A stretch of DNA of 64,000 bases from NCBI GenBank assembly GCA_963817955.1, contig CAWFQK010000007.1, positions 1 to 64,000 of the forward strand, given 5' to 3'. The stretch comes from an uncultured Gemmatimonadaceae bacterium (GTDB lineage Bacteria; Gemmatimonadota; Gemmatimonadetes; Gemmatimonadales; Gemmatimonadaceae). This document shows, piece after piece, positions 27,212 through 37,206 of the stretch. The notes beneath the pieces were generated by a model. The model was not told where the DNA came from. It saw only the letters and a program-made list of their open reading frames with translations, and did not search any database. Position 1 is the stretch's first letter; every line of letters begins with the position of its first letter. A program made the translations under genes and the position numbers.

Positions 27212-29803
27212 ATGTCCATCCGTGCCCTCTTGCTCGGATTCGTCACCGTGGCATTCGTCGCCGGGTGCAAGGAATCATCACCCGTTCCCCATACGCCGAC
27301 ACACTTGATGCTCGTGTCGGGCGCAAATCAGTCGGGCGATGTCTCCGCGGCACTGTCGCAGCCATTGGTCGTTCAAGCGCTCGACGGCGCCGACCGTTCA
27401 GTGAGTGGCGTGCCGATCACGTGGACCGTGACTGGCGACGGCAGCATCTCGGCGGCCACCGCGACGACCGATACCGCCGGCAAGGCGTCAGTCATCTGGA
27501 CATTGTCGCCTTCCGCCGGCGTGCAGGTCGTGACCGCGACAAGCACGCAGATCACGGGCGCGGGGGTGAACTTCGTGGCAAACAACGGTGCGATCATCAC
27601 GGGTACCGTGTCGGCAGCTGGCGGCAACCCGTTCGCCGCGAGTTTCGCGCGCACCGTTTCACGCACGGTCCAACTGGGCTCGCCGCGAGCGGTGACTCGC
27701 CATCCGTCGCCGAACCGCGTGATCATCGGATTTCGCAATGACGTGCTCGGGGTCCCTGCCGCCGCGTCTGGCGCATATCGCTCGTTGTCGATGGCGCGGC
27801 AGACGAGCGGTCTGCTGGCCGAGCGCGTGGCGTCACTCGCTCAGTCGTACCACATCGGCGGCGCCGTACTATCGCCGGCGCTGCTCGCCGCGCGCGTCAC
27901 GGTCCAAGACACCCTGCAGATCGACGCGCTGATGCAGTCCTTGCGCGCCGATCCGAACGTCGCGTGGGTGGAGCGCGATGAGATCGTCTCCATTCGTGAC
28001 GGCGCCCCCCGGGCAATGTCCGCCGAGCTGGCGACGAAGTTCGCGGCCCAGGCGAGCGGTGGTGCAGTGACAGCGACGAGCCGACTGCCGAACGATCCCA
28101 GTTTCTTTGCCCAGTACTGGCCGGCGAACATGCTGGACCTGCCGCGCGCATGGTCGATCACGACCGGGAGTGCGAGCGTGACGGTTGCGGTCGTCGACAT
28201 GGGCATACGCTTCGACCACCCGGACATCGCGGCCAATCTCACCAACGACGGCTACGACTTCGTCTCGCAGGTGGGCTATGGCTCGGTGCAGAACAACTGT
28301 GACGGCAGCACGTTCACGACGATCGACGGTGACGGCGATGGACCCGATCCCGATCCCACCGACCCGGACGATCTGGAGTTTGACACCAACAACAACTGCT
28401 GGGCGCGCAGCACGCTCGGCGATCACGGGCTGTGGACGGCGGGCATAATCGGGGCAGTGGGGAACGATGGCGCCGGCACGAGCGGGGTGAACTGGACCGT
28501 GCGCATCCGTCCAGTGCGCGTGCTCGGCATCACTGGTGACGGCACCGACTTCGACATCGCGCAAGGCATCCTATACGCCGCTGGGTTGGCTGCGCCGGGC
28601 GCGAACGGCGCGCTCGTGCAGACCTCGCGCGCCCCGATCATCAACATGAGCCTCGGCGGCCCAATTCCGAGCACAGCGATGGCGACGGCCATAAGCGCGG
28701 CATCGAATGCCGGATCGCTCATCGTCGCGTCGGCTGGCAACGACGGACTGGATATTCCGGTATATCCGGCCGGCTTCAGCAACGTCATGGCCGTGGCCTC
28801 GGTGGGTGAGGACGGTACGCTCGCCACGTATTCGAACGGCGGGACGTTCGTATCGGTCGCGGCGCCGGGGGGCGATTTCCGCTTCGACGACAACGGCGGG
28901 GGCGGCGTGCTTGGACCGGGCTGGGACTTCGTCAATAAGCAGGCGACCTATCTGTTCGGCTACGGCACCTCAGCATCCGCGCCATACGTATCCGGCATTG
29001 CGGCATTGCTGCTCGCCCAGACACCAGGTCTATCGGCGACCGCGCTGCGACAGCGTATCGAGCAGTATGCCACGCGGCCAGCGGGAATGACGCGCAGCGA
29101 TGTGCTCGGCTGGGGCATCGTGAACGCGTACAACGCGCTCACGCAGCAAAACGGTCCAACGCGGCGGACGCTTGTCCGCTTGATCAACGCGACGACAGGC
29201 GCGAGCGTGCGCACAGTAACTGTCTCCAGCACCGGCATGTTCGCCCTCACGCAATTGCCGCAGGGCGCGTACTACCTTCAGGCGGGCGACGACGAAAACG
29301 GCGACGGCGCTATTGGTGTGCCGGGAAGGCGGTTCGGCTGGGCCGGCGGGTTTGGGGCCCCGAGCGTGTTCAACGTGAATGGAAACGCACAGGCGGCCGC
29401 GATTGCGCTGGGGCTTCCGACCGAGGTCGAGCCGAATGACGACGTGACGCATGCGAACATGCTGAGCGTCGGCAGCTACGTGGTCGGAAACATCACGACG
29501 CCGGACATGCGCGACATGTACAGCGTGACAATCCCCGCGGCCGGCATGTACACCTTCGAAACGTCCGGTCTGGTCGGATCGTGCGGCTATGGCATCGAGC
29601 TCGACACGTTTCTGACCGTCGCCACCGCCGCCGGTGTAGTGGTGGGGAGTAACGACGACTTTTCCTCAGCGACGAGCCGCGCATGCTCGCGGGTGCAGGC
29701 GACGTTGTCACCCGGTATCTACTATGTGACGGTGACCGGTGTCAGTGGCGGTGTCTTGGCGTCGCATGGACGCTATCGTCTCGAGGTGCGGTCGGGGGGC
29801 TAA
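27212..29803 (+). CDS. S8 subtilase lipoprotein with N-terminal Ig-like and C-terminal PPC-like domains
   Basis: Lipobox VAG-C; triad VVDMG, DHGLWTAG, GTSASAP; INMSLGG, SAGND; EVEPND. Confidence 0.92.
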   Translation: MSIRALLLGFVTVAFVAGCKESSPVPHTPTHLMLVSGANQSGDVSAALSQPLVVQALDGADRSVSGVPITWTVTGDGSISAATATTDTAGKASVIWTLSPSAGVQVVTATSTQITGAGVNFVANNGAIITGTVSAAGGNPFAASFARTVSRTVQLGSPRAVTRHPSPNRVIIGFRNDVLGVPAAASGAYRSLSMARQTSGLLAERVASLAQSYHIGGAVLSPALLAARVTVQDTLQIDALMQSLRADPNVAWVERDEIVSIRDGAPRAMSAELATKFAAQASGGAVTATSRLPNDPSFFAQYWPANMLDLPRAWSITTGSASVTVAVVDMGIRFDHPDIAANLTNDGYDFVSQVGYGSVQNNCDGSTFTTIDGDGDGPDPDPTDPDDLEFDTNNNCWARSTLGDHGLWTAGIIGAVGNDGAGTSGVNWTVRIRPVRVLGITGDGTDFDIAQGILYAAGLAAPGANGALVQTSRAPIINMSLGGPIPSTAMATAISAASNAGSLIVASAGNDGLDIPVYPAGFSNVMAVASVGEDGTLATYSNGGTFVSVAAPGGDFRFDDNGGGGVLGPGWDFVNKQATYLFGYGTSASAPYVSGIAALLLAQTPGLSATALRQRIEQYATRPAGMTRSDVLGWGIVNAYNALTQQNGPTRRTLVRLINATTGASVRTVTVSSTGMFALTQLPQGAYYLQAGDDENGDGAIGVPGRRFGWAGGFGAPSVFNVNGNAQAAAIALGLPTEVEPNDDVTHANMLSVGSYVVGNITTPDMRDMYSVTIPAAGMYTFETSGLVGSCGYGIELDTFLTVATAAGVVVGSNDDFSSATSRACSRVQATLSPGIYYVTVTGVSGGVLASHGRYRLEVRSGG

Positions 29804-29838
29804 GCTACGGATCTCGGTGACCGGTAGAACTGCTTTTT

Positions 29839-30183
29839 ACCGCAGAGCGGCCCAACAGCTTTTGAACGCAGAGGTCGCAGAGAACTGCAAGAGAACTGCA
29901 GAGAACTGCAGAGGACGTGAAGGATTGTCTCGCCGGGAAGTCTTGGCCGTGATGCTCCGATGGTATCGCCCAGGTCGGGATCATCAACGATATGAGCGGA
30001 ATGATTGTGGACTCGGCAATCACGGTTCATGCCACCGATACGCGCTTCCCTCTTCCGCGCGCTTATAGTTCTCTTTGCAGTCCCCTTTTCCAGTTCTCTC
30101 GCAGTTCTCTCTTGCAGTTCTCTGCAGTTCTCTTGCAGTTCTCTGCGACCTCTGCGTTCAAAAGCTGTTGCGCCCTCCGCGGT
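29839..30183 (+). mobile_element. MITE-like element R1, copy A
   Basis: 58-bp perfect inverted repeat 29853-29910/30113-30170 containing tandem GAGAACTGCA(A); core shared with 45434-45806; no transposase. Confidence 0.7.
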
Positions 30184-30201
30184 CACAAAGACAACGAGAC
30201 A

Positions 30202-30318
30202 CGCAACGCGTAGCTCATCACTGGAAACTCGAGCCTCGCCGACCGGCGGGCCGGCCGCTACGGAGCAGCCAGCGACATCCAGCCGGTCAACGCCCGGAGC
30301 CCAACCCGCGCTGCACCG
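30202..30318 (-). repeat. Dispersed repeat R2, copy 2
   Basis: Aligns with 11424-11541. Confidence 0.85.
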
Positions 30319-30364
30319 GCGGCGAGAGTGGCCTACAAGCCAGGGACCCCGGAGCAAGCATCCC

Positions 30365-32449
30365 TTACGCTTTGGTCTTTCCCTCGAGGTACTTTTCGAG
30401 CCAGCTCTGCACCTCGTTCCACCATAACTGCTGGTTCTGCGGCTTGCCGATCCAGTGTCCTTCGTCGGGGAAGATCACCAGACGGCTTGGCACGTTCATG
30501 CGCTGAAGCGCAGTGAACATCGAGAGGTCTTCCGTGTACGGCACGCGAAAGTCCAGCTCTCCGCCGGTCACCAGCGTCGGCGTTTTGAAGTTCTGCACAT
30601 ACAAGTGCGGTGAGTACACGCGGTACTGCGTCGCCATCGCCTTTGGATTCCAGAACGGACCGCCGTACTCCCAATCGGGGAACCACAGCTCTTCGGTTGC
30701 CGTGGCCATATTCTCGAGGTTGAATGGTCCGGCGTGCGACACGAGAACCTTGAAGCGGTTTGTGTGTCCGGCGATCCAATCCACCATGTAGCCGCCGAAC
30801 GAACCGCCGGCGGCACCGAGCGCGTTACGGTCCATCCACGGGTTGCGTGCCAACGCCGCGTCGAGTCCGTTCATCAGATCCGTGTAGACTTTCCCGCCCC
30901 AACCCTTCGATACGTCGTCGACGAACTTCTGTCCGTAGCCTGTTGAGCCGCGGGGATTGATGATGACGAGCGCGGCTCCTGTCGCAGCGAACATCTGATA
31001 ATTCCAGCGGCCGTGCCACTGATCCAGCCACGCTCCCTGTGGACCGCCGTGGATCAACAGGATGACCGGGTATTTCTTGCCCGCCTGCCAGTTGGGCGGT
31101 TTCACCACGAAACCCTGCACCTTGGCGCCGTTCGCGCCGGTGAACCAGAAATCTTCCGCGGGGTTCACCGCGAGCTGCGCCACGAGACCATCATTCTCGT
31201 GTGTCACCGTGCGGGCGCTCAGTGCGCTGGACGTGACGTTAGCCGCGTATATCTCGGCCGGTCGGTCGGTTGCATCGCGCAACCACGCGACTGTATGCCC
31301 ATCCCGCGAGAATACGAAAGACGCGTTGTTGTGATCACCAATGAGCAGCTGCGGCGCTGCAGCCTTCAGCACGCTCGATCCAGCCGCGGCGGACTCGAAA
31401 ACGACGCGATAGAGCTTGTCGCGCCCAGCGTCGGTGGTCTGCACGTAGATGGCGTTCTCATCCAGCGCGAAGCTGTACGCGTCGGCATTGCGGTCCCACG
31501 CCGGCAGCAACTCGCGCGTCGTGCGGTCGGCGCGATTGTAGAACATGAGCCGCACACGATCCGATTCAAATCCCGCGCGTGCCTGTGACGCGTACGCGAT
31601 GAAGCGCCCATCGGGCGAATAGACCGGATTCTGATCCGCACCCTTGTTCGCGGCCGTAATGACCGTGGACGGTCCACCGGCCGCGGGCACCGTATAGAGG
31701 TTCAGGTCAGTCGTCCAAGCGTTGGCGCGCCCCTGATCCTTGGCTGTGTATGCCAGCTCGCGTCCGTCGGGCGACCAGGCATAACCTTCGCTGCCCCCGA
31801 ACGGTCCAGGGGGCACATCGTAGCGGGCGCCGGGAATGAGATCCCGGAGTCCGTTTCCATCCACGCCCACAACGAACAGATGTGAGCGCGTGCCATTGTC
31901 CCACGCCGTCCAGTGGCGGACCATCAACTGATCGGCGATGTGCGCCTTCACCTTGTTGTCGTTCGCTGCCTTTTCCTTTTCGGCATTGCAGGCATCGGTC
32001 GAGCAATCCGGATACACGGTAGAGGTGAAGGCGATGCGATCGTTGCCCGGCGACCAGACCGGTCCAGTCGCACCGCCGTTCAGCTGTGTGACCTGATGCT
32101 CGTTTCCGCCATCGGCGTCGGACACCCAAAGTTGACCGTCCGAGATGTAGGCCACGTGCTGGCCGTCAGGTGACCATCTCGCTTCCGTGGCCGACACGCT
32201 CGAACCAGGAAACACACGCGGCGTTCCGCCGGCTGTGGGAATCACGAAGGTCTGCGACGCGCGCTTGTTCGCGGCGACGTCGGCGGTGCGAACTGCGTAG
32301 AGAATAGACTTGCCGTCGGGCGACAGTTGCGGATCGCTCACAACGCGTACTGCGGCGAAGTCGTTGAAAGTGATCGTACGTTTCTGCTGGGCTCCGCCGG
32401 CACTGACGATCGTGAGCGCCAGCGCAGTCGCGAGTATTGGTATACGCAT
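30365..32449 (-). CDS. S9 family (dipeptidyl/acylaminoacyl) peptidase, secreted
   Basis: Signal peptide; WSPDG propeller repeats; IHGGP, GGSFGG, DFRVP, DEGH. Confidence 0.95.
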   Translation of the reverse strand: MRIPILATALALTIVSAGGAQQKRTITFNDFAAVRVVSDPQLSPDGKSILYAVRTADVAANKRASQTFVIPTAGGTPRVFPGSSVSATEARWSPDGQHVAYISDGQLWVSDADGGNEHQVTQLNGGATGPVWSPGNDRIAFTSTVYPDCSTDACNAEKEKAANDNKVKAHIADQLMVRHWTAWDNGTRSHLFVVGVDGNGLRDLIPGARYDVPPGPFGGSEGYAWSPDGRELAYTAKDQGRANAWTTDLNLYTVPAAGGPSTVITAANKGADQNPVYSPDGRFIAYASQARAGFESDRVRLMFYNRADRTTRELLPAWDRNADAYSFALDENAIYVQTTDAGRDKLYRVVFESAAAGSSVLKAAAPQLLIGDHNNASFVFSRDGHTVAWLRDATDRPAEIYAANVTSSALSARTVTHENDGLVAQLAVNPAEDFWFTGANGAKVQGFVVKPPNWQAGKKYPVILLIHGGPQGAWLDQWHGRWNYQMFAATGAALVIINPRGSTGYGQKFVDDVSKGWGGKVYTDLMNGLDAALARNPWMDRNALGAAGGSFGGYMVDWIAGHTNRFKVLVSHAGPFNLENMATATEELWFPDWEYGGPFWNPKAMATQYRVYSPHLYVQNFKTPTLVTGGELDFRVPYTEDLSMFTALQRMNVPSRLVIFPDEGHWIGKPQNQQLWWNEVQSWLEKYLEGKTKA

Positions 32450-32525
32450 TGGGTGGGTTGGTTCGAGGTGACATGGAACAGTACCGCCGGATGGGGGGCA
32501 TGATCCAGCCGCAGGATCCAGAGGC

Positions 32526-32553
32526 TCAGTACCGTGCAGGTCGCTGCCGATAA
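32526..32553 (+). promoter_or_regulatory. Putative sigma28 (FliA) promoter
   Basis: TCAG-N16-GCCGATAA; perfect -10, weak -35. Confidence 0.5.
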
Positions 32554-32664
32554 TTAGTCATAGAAACAAGGCTGCTCCGGCGCCGCGGCACGCATTTCCC
32601 ATTAGGGAAGGGCACGCTTGAGGCATCTCGGGGTAATAAACACCAGAGCCATCGGAGGCCCCAC

Positions 32665-32895
32665 ATGTCACAGTACCGATTTAGCGTGAGCGGTCTGGAG
32701 TCCCGGCAAGCCGGCGTCATCGAGAGCGATTCATTTGTCGATGCCGTCGACGCATTGGGTCAACACGTGGAAGTTCGGCGCGGTGATGTGCTGGAGATCG
32801 GCGTGCTCGGCTTTCCTCCCGCCATGTACGAGTGTGTGGGCGAGATCGAAAGCGGCTTCCCGGTCTGGATGCCTAAAGGCCAGCAGGCGGCGTAA
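32665..32895 (+). CDS. Small hypothetical protein (76 aa)
   Basis: GGAGG SD; protein-like composition; fills an intergenic gap. Confidence 0.7.
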   Translation: MSQYRFSVSGLESRQAGVIESDSFVDAVDALGQHVEVRRGDVLEIGVLGFPPAMYECVGEIESGFPVWMPKGQQAA

Positions 32896-32931
32896 CTGAC
32901 AGCAGCGAGCCCATCTCCAGCGCGTTCGTGG

Positions 32932-34035
32932 TCAGGTGTCCCCCGAATCACTACTCTCGGCATCTAGCAAGCGGCGCTTGCGATCGACTCCCCACTTGTA
33001 GCCCGCGAGAGCGCCGCCGGTGCGCACCACGCGATGACACGGAATCACAACGGCGACGCGATTCGTTGCGCAGGCGCGCGCCACTGCGCGCGTGGCGGTT
33101 GGCCGGCCGATTGCCGCGGCCACTTCGGTGTACGTACGACGTTCGCCTGCAGGAATCTCGCGCAACGCATTCCAGACCTGTCGTTGGAACGCGGTGCCAC
33201 CCACATCGAGCGGAATGCAATCCGAGAGATCGCGCCGCGGGTTGCGCACGCGGCCGAGTACGGCGTGCACCCAGTCGTGGTGCGTCTCGTCGGCTCGCTC
33301 GAGGGTCGCATTCGGGAAATCGCTCGTCAACGCGCGCAGCACATCCTCGTCGTTCGATCCGAGCTCCACTGCACAGACGCCCCGGTCCGTCAGGCCGACG
33401 AGTACTCGGCCAACCGGTGAGTCGGCAATGGCGTAGCGGATACACACTCCGGTGCCACCGTGGCGGTATGACGCAGGCGTCATGCCGAGCATGGCATCGG
33501 CACGCTCATACACTCTGCTGCTCGAGCCAAATCCGGCTTCGTACGTCGCGCGGCTCACCGTGTCGCCCGCGCGAAGGCGGGCCTTGAAACGAGCGGTACG
33601 CCGGCCGTCCTGATACTGCTTGGGCGAGATTCCGAGGACCTTCTTGAAGGAGCGCTGGAGATGCGACGCGCTCATTCCGGTGTGTGACGCCAGTTCTTCG
33701 AGCGACACGGGCCGCTCCGCGTTCGCGTCGAGAAAGACGCGTGCGCGCTCGACGGCTGCGGTGGTAGTCGTGGGCCCCTGGGCCGTCTGCGGCGTACATC
33801 GCTTGCACGCGCGAAATCCCGCTCGCTCGGCGGCATCAGCCGTGGCAAAGAACATGACGTTCCCGCGCAAAGGACGCCGCGAGGCGCAGGACGGGCGGCA
33901 ATAGATTCCGGTCGTGCGTACCGCATACACAAAGCAGCCGTCGTAACGCGCGTCATGCGCCTGAACGGCGCACCACGCCTCGGCGTCGGTTGGTTGGGTA
34001 CTGGATGCGCCGTGATCGGCTGCCATGGTCGCCAT
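32932..34035 (-). CDS. ada: Bifunctional Ada regulator / O6-methylguanine-DNA methyltransferase
   Basis: TTGIYCRPSC and FRACKRC zinc motifs, AraC HTH, IPCHRV active site. Confidence 0.96.
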   Translation of the reverse strand: MATMAADHGASSTQPTDAEAWCAVQAHDARYDGCFVYAVRTTGIYCRPSCASRRPLRGNVMFFATADAAERAGFRACKRCTPQTAQGPTTTTAAVERARVFLDANAERPVSLEELASHTGMSASHLQRSFKKVLGISPKQYQDGRRTARFKARLRAGDTVSRATYEAGFGSSSRVYERADAMLGMTPASYRHGGTGVCIRYAIADSPVGRVLVGLTDRGVCAVELGSNDEDVLRALTSDFPNATLERADETHHDWVHAVLGRVRNPRRDLSDCIPLDVGGTAFQRQVWNALREIPAGERRTYTEVAAAIGRPTATRAVARACATNRVAVVIPCHRVVRTGGALAGYKWGVDRKRRLLDAESSDSGDT

Positions 34036-34159
34036 GATTTGCTCGCTGAAGGGACTGACCGCAAGCTATGGCGCCGCAAAAAGTCCGGATATCCGAACGT
34101 TGCGGTCAATGTCGACGCACCCAGGAGGACGAGACCGTCCCCCCCTGGGTGCGCGCTGA

Positions 34160-35551
34160 CTACTCCACGTTCTTGATTTCCGAAACGAGCGACGTCAGCG
34201 ACGTCTTGGCATCGCCAAACAACATGCTCGTCCGCTTGTCGTAGAACAGCTCGTTCTCGATTCCGGCAAAGCCCGCGCTCATGCCGCGTTTCAGCACGAT
34301 CACGCTCTTGGCATGGTCTGCGTTGAGGATCGGCATGCCATAGATGGGCGACGACTTGTCGTTGCGAGCCGCGGGGTTCACCACGTCATTCGCGCCAATG
34401 ACGAGCGCGACGTCCGCCCGATCGAAGTCGCCGTTGACTTCGTCCATGTCGAACAACTTGTCGTACGGGACGTTGGCTTCCGCGAGCAACACGTTCATAT
34501 GGCCCGGCATACGCCCTGCCACCGGGTGCACAGCGAACTTCACCTCGCCGCCGCGCTTCTCGATGAGCTCCGCCAACTCGCGCACCGCGTGCTGCGCCTG
34601 GGCGACGGCCATTCCGTAGCCGGGAATCACGATCACCAGTTGCGCATATGCAAGCTGAATAGCGGCGTCCTCCACACCGATCGACCGGACGGTAAGGCCC
34701 TCGGACGTCTTGCCGGCCACCGCCTTCGTCTCACTGCCGAACGCGCCGAACAGCACGTTGGTGAACGACCGATTCATGGCCTTGCTCATCAGGATCGACA
34801 GAATGAATCCCGACGCGCCGTCGAGCGAACCGCTGATGATCAGGATGACATTGCCGAGTGCAAACCCGGTGGCGCACGACGCGAGGCCCGAATAGGAGTT
34901 GAGCAGTGCCACGACCACAGGCATATCTGCGCCACCGATCGGCATCACGAGCATCACTCCGAACACGACCGATGCGCCGAGCATGGTGTAGAACGCCCAC
35001 TGCTGCGTCGGATCAACAATCGTGTAGACGAGCAGACTGATGATGCCAAGGAAGACCACGGCGTTGAAGAAGTTCTGTCCCTTGAACGTGACAGGCTTTG
35101 ACGTGATCCATTCTTGCAGCTTTCCCGCGGCGACGATCGTACCACCTACCGTGATCGCTCCGAGCATGATCTCGAAGCCAAGCGCCGCCATCTTGACGTG
35201 CGAGGGAACGACACCGGATGTGATCGACGTGTAGAACTCGGCCACGCCCACGAGCGCCGCGGCGAGCGCGCTCATGGTGAGTGACAGGGCAATTCGCTGT
35301 GGCATTGCCGTCATCGGCACCCACATGCCCATTGGATACCCAATGACGACGCCGAGAATCAGCCCGGCGGCAATCCAGCGGTAATCGACGATCGTATGAT
35401 TGAGTAGCGTTCCGGCAATGGCGAACAGCATTCCGACCGCGGCCATCTGCATGCCGCTTCGCGCCTTGTCTGGCCGCGTAAGGCTGCGTAGTCCGAGAAT
35501 GAACAGGACCGACGCAACGATATAGCTGAGTTGTATGAGAGTATCGCGCAT
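34160..35551 (-). CDS. pntB: NAD(P) transhydrogenase beta subunit
   Basis: IGGADMPVV, LNSYSG, PGYGMAVAQAQ, HPVAGRMPGHMN, GANDVVNP. Confidence 0.97.
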   Translation of the reverse strand: MRDTLIQLSYIVASVLFILGLRSLTRPDKARSGMQMAAVGMLFAIAGTLLNHTIVDYRWIAAGLILGVVIGYPMGMWVPMTAMPQRIALSLTMSALAAALVGVAEFYTSITSGVVPSHVKMAALGFEIMLGAITVGGTIVAAGKLQEWITSKPVTFKGQNFFNAVVFLGIISLLVYTIVDPTQQWAFYTMLGASVVFGVMLVMPIGGADMPVVVALLNSYSGLASCATGFALGNVILIISGSLDGASGFILSILMSKAMNRSFTNVLFGAFGSETKAVAGKTSEGLTVRSIGVEDAAIQLAYAQLVIVIPGYGMAVAQAQHAVRELAELIEKRGGEVKFAVHPVAGRMPGHMNVLLAEANVPYDKLFDMDEVNGDFDRADVALVIGANDVVNPAARNDKSSPIYGMPILNADHAKSVIVLKRGMSAGFAGIENELFYDKRTSMLFGDAKTSLTSLVSEIKNVE

Positions 35552-35552
35552 C

Positions 35553-35864
35553 TTAGCTGGCTCGCGGCGCAGAGCCGGCCTTGTTGCCGGCCTTTCCGCT
35601 CTTGAACATCCGCAACATGCGGTCGGTGATGAGGAAGCCGCCGACGATGTTGCTCGTCGCACAGACAACGGCTACGAATCCGAGCAGCGTCGCCACTCGG
35701 TTGTTCGCCGCACCCGCGGCGATGAGCGAGCCGACGAGCGAAATGCCCGAAATGGCATTGGTCGCGGCCATGAGTGGCGTATGCAGCAACGCGGGCACGC
35801 GCGAGATCACCATGTATCCCACGAACGCAGCCAGCACGAAGACGTACAGCTCGAGAAATTCCAT
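35553..35864 (-). CDS. pntAB: NAD(P) transhydrogenase alpha subunit, part 2 (membrane)
   Basis: LHTPLMAATNAISG, NIVGGFLITDRML. Confidence 0.95.
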   Translation of the reverse strand: MEFLELYVFVLAAFVGYMVISRVPALLHTPLMAATNAISGISLVGSLIAAGAANNRVATLLGFVAVVCATSNIVGGFLITDRMLRMFKSGKAGNKAGSAPRAS

Positions 35865-36973
35865 TAGCGAAGCACCTGTCCGTCGTGAGTCATCATCATG
35901 GCGCCGGTGATCTCGTCGTCCTTGTCGAGCTGGAGGGCGCCGTCCTTCACCAGATGCTTGAGTAGCTCGATGATGTTGCGGCCGAACATCTGACTGGCGT
36001 GGAAGGCCACGGTGCTCGGCAAATTGATTGGAGCGAGGATCGTGACGTCATTCACCGTCACCGTCTCGCCGGGCTTGCACTGCGTGCAGTTCCCGCCCGT
36101 TTCGGCGGCGAGATCCACGATCACCGATCCGGCGCGCATCGATGCCACCATCTCGTCGGTGATGAGTTTGGGCGCCGGCTTGCCCGGGATCTGCGCCGTG
36201 GTGACGACGAGATCCATGTCCTTGATGTGATTGGCGATCGCCGCGAGCGTACGTGACTGTTCGTCACTCGTTTGCGCGCGTGCGTAGCCGCCCGCCGTCT
36301 GCGCATTGTCGCTCACCAGGTCATTGGCGACGAACATTGCGCCGAGGCTGAGCACTTGTTCGCGCGCCGCTGGTCGCACGTCGAAGCCGGATACCACGCC
36401 ACCAAGGCGTCGAGCGGTGGCGATTGCCTGGAGGCCGGCGACACCGGCGCCGATCACGAAGACTTTGGCCGGAGAGATGTTGCCGGCTGCGGTGGTGAGC
36501 ATCGGCAGAAACTTGCCGAGGGCGGCGGCGCCGACGAGCACGCCCTTGTAGCCCGCCACCGTGCTCTGGGACGAAAGCACGTCCATCGACTGGGCGCGAG
36601 TGATACGCGGGACGAGTTCGAGTGCGAGCGCGGTGACCTTGCGTTGTGCCAAGGCCTTCACGATGTCGGCACTCTGGCCGGGGCGGAGCAGGCAGAGGAG
36701 CGTAGACCCGCCGTCGATCATAGCGATCTCGGCAGTCGAGGGTGGTTGCACCTTGGCGACGATCGGTGAGCCGCCGAGCGCCGCCGCCGCGTCGGCGACG
36801 ATGACCGCACCGGCGGCCTCGTACGCTTCGTCGCGGAAGCCGGCGCGTAGTCCCGCGCCGCGCTGCACCACTACCTCGAGTTTCTGCTGCTTGATGAGTC
36901 GTGCGACGCTGTCAGGCGCGAGCGCAACCCGCTGCTCGCGCGGAGCGGTTTCCGTAGGAACGCTGATTTTCAT
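35864..36973 (-). CDS. pntAA: NAD(P) transhydrogenase alpha subunit, part 1
   Basis: PRITRAQSMDVLSSQ, GAGVAGLQA, TAQIPGKPAP, DLAAETGGNC. Confidence 0.96.
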   Translation of the reverse strand: MKISVPTETAPREQRVALAPDSVARLIKQQKLEVVVQRGAGLRAGFRDEAYEAAGAVIVADAAAALGGSPIVAKVQPPSTAEIAMIDGGSTLLCLLRPGQSADIVKALAQRKVTALALELVPRITRAQSMDVLSSQSTVAGYKGVLVGAAALGKFLPMLTTAAGNISPAKVFVIGAGVAGLQAIATARRLGGVVSGFDVRPAAREQVLSLGAMFVANDLVSDNAQTAGGYARAQTSDEQSRTLAAIANHIKDMDLVVTTAQIPGKPAPKLITDEMVASMRAGSVIVDLAAETGGNCTQCKPGETVTVNDVTILAPINLPSTVAFHASQMFGRNIIELLKHLVKDGALQLDKDDEITGAMMMTHDGQVLR

Positions 36974-37206
36974 GAAGATGCGGTTGACCGGCGGGCGAAC
37001 TGCTTCCGGCACGTCTAACTTTGCGCCGTCGGGGAAATGCTGACGCATCTAGAAAATAGACACCTCAGCCATTAGCGCAAATCGGGGAAGATCCCGAACG
37101 TGTGGTCGGGCGTTATCTCACGTCGCCAAATGGAGCACCACCAAGGCCGAGGGCCGCCAGAACCTGCGACCGCGCTATCTTGGACAGGTGACCTACAACT
37201 ATCCCC

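Noticed and set aside
30214..30230. Hammerhead ribozyme or tRNA within repeat R2
   Set aside because: Minus strand reads GUGAUGAG rather than CUGAUGA, with no correctly placed GAAA; no cloverleaf or anticodon arm
29739..30506. Short ORFs such as ENCKRTAENC or SSLQFSCSSL here and at 45377-45853
   Set aside because: Translations of the tandem repeat arms, not credible proteins
32610..32625. sigma54-like GGCACGCTTGAGGCA upstream of the 76-aa gene
   Set aside because: The -12 element lacks TTGC; the sigma28-like motif is a better match
34083..34098. GTCCGGATATCCGAAC upstream of ada, 12/16 identical to the operator at 6939-6954
   Set aside because: The terminal ATC/GAT bases are lost, and the site is more simply part of ada's own promoter region
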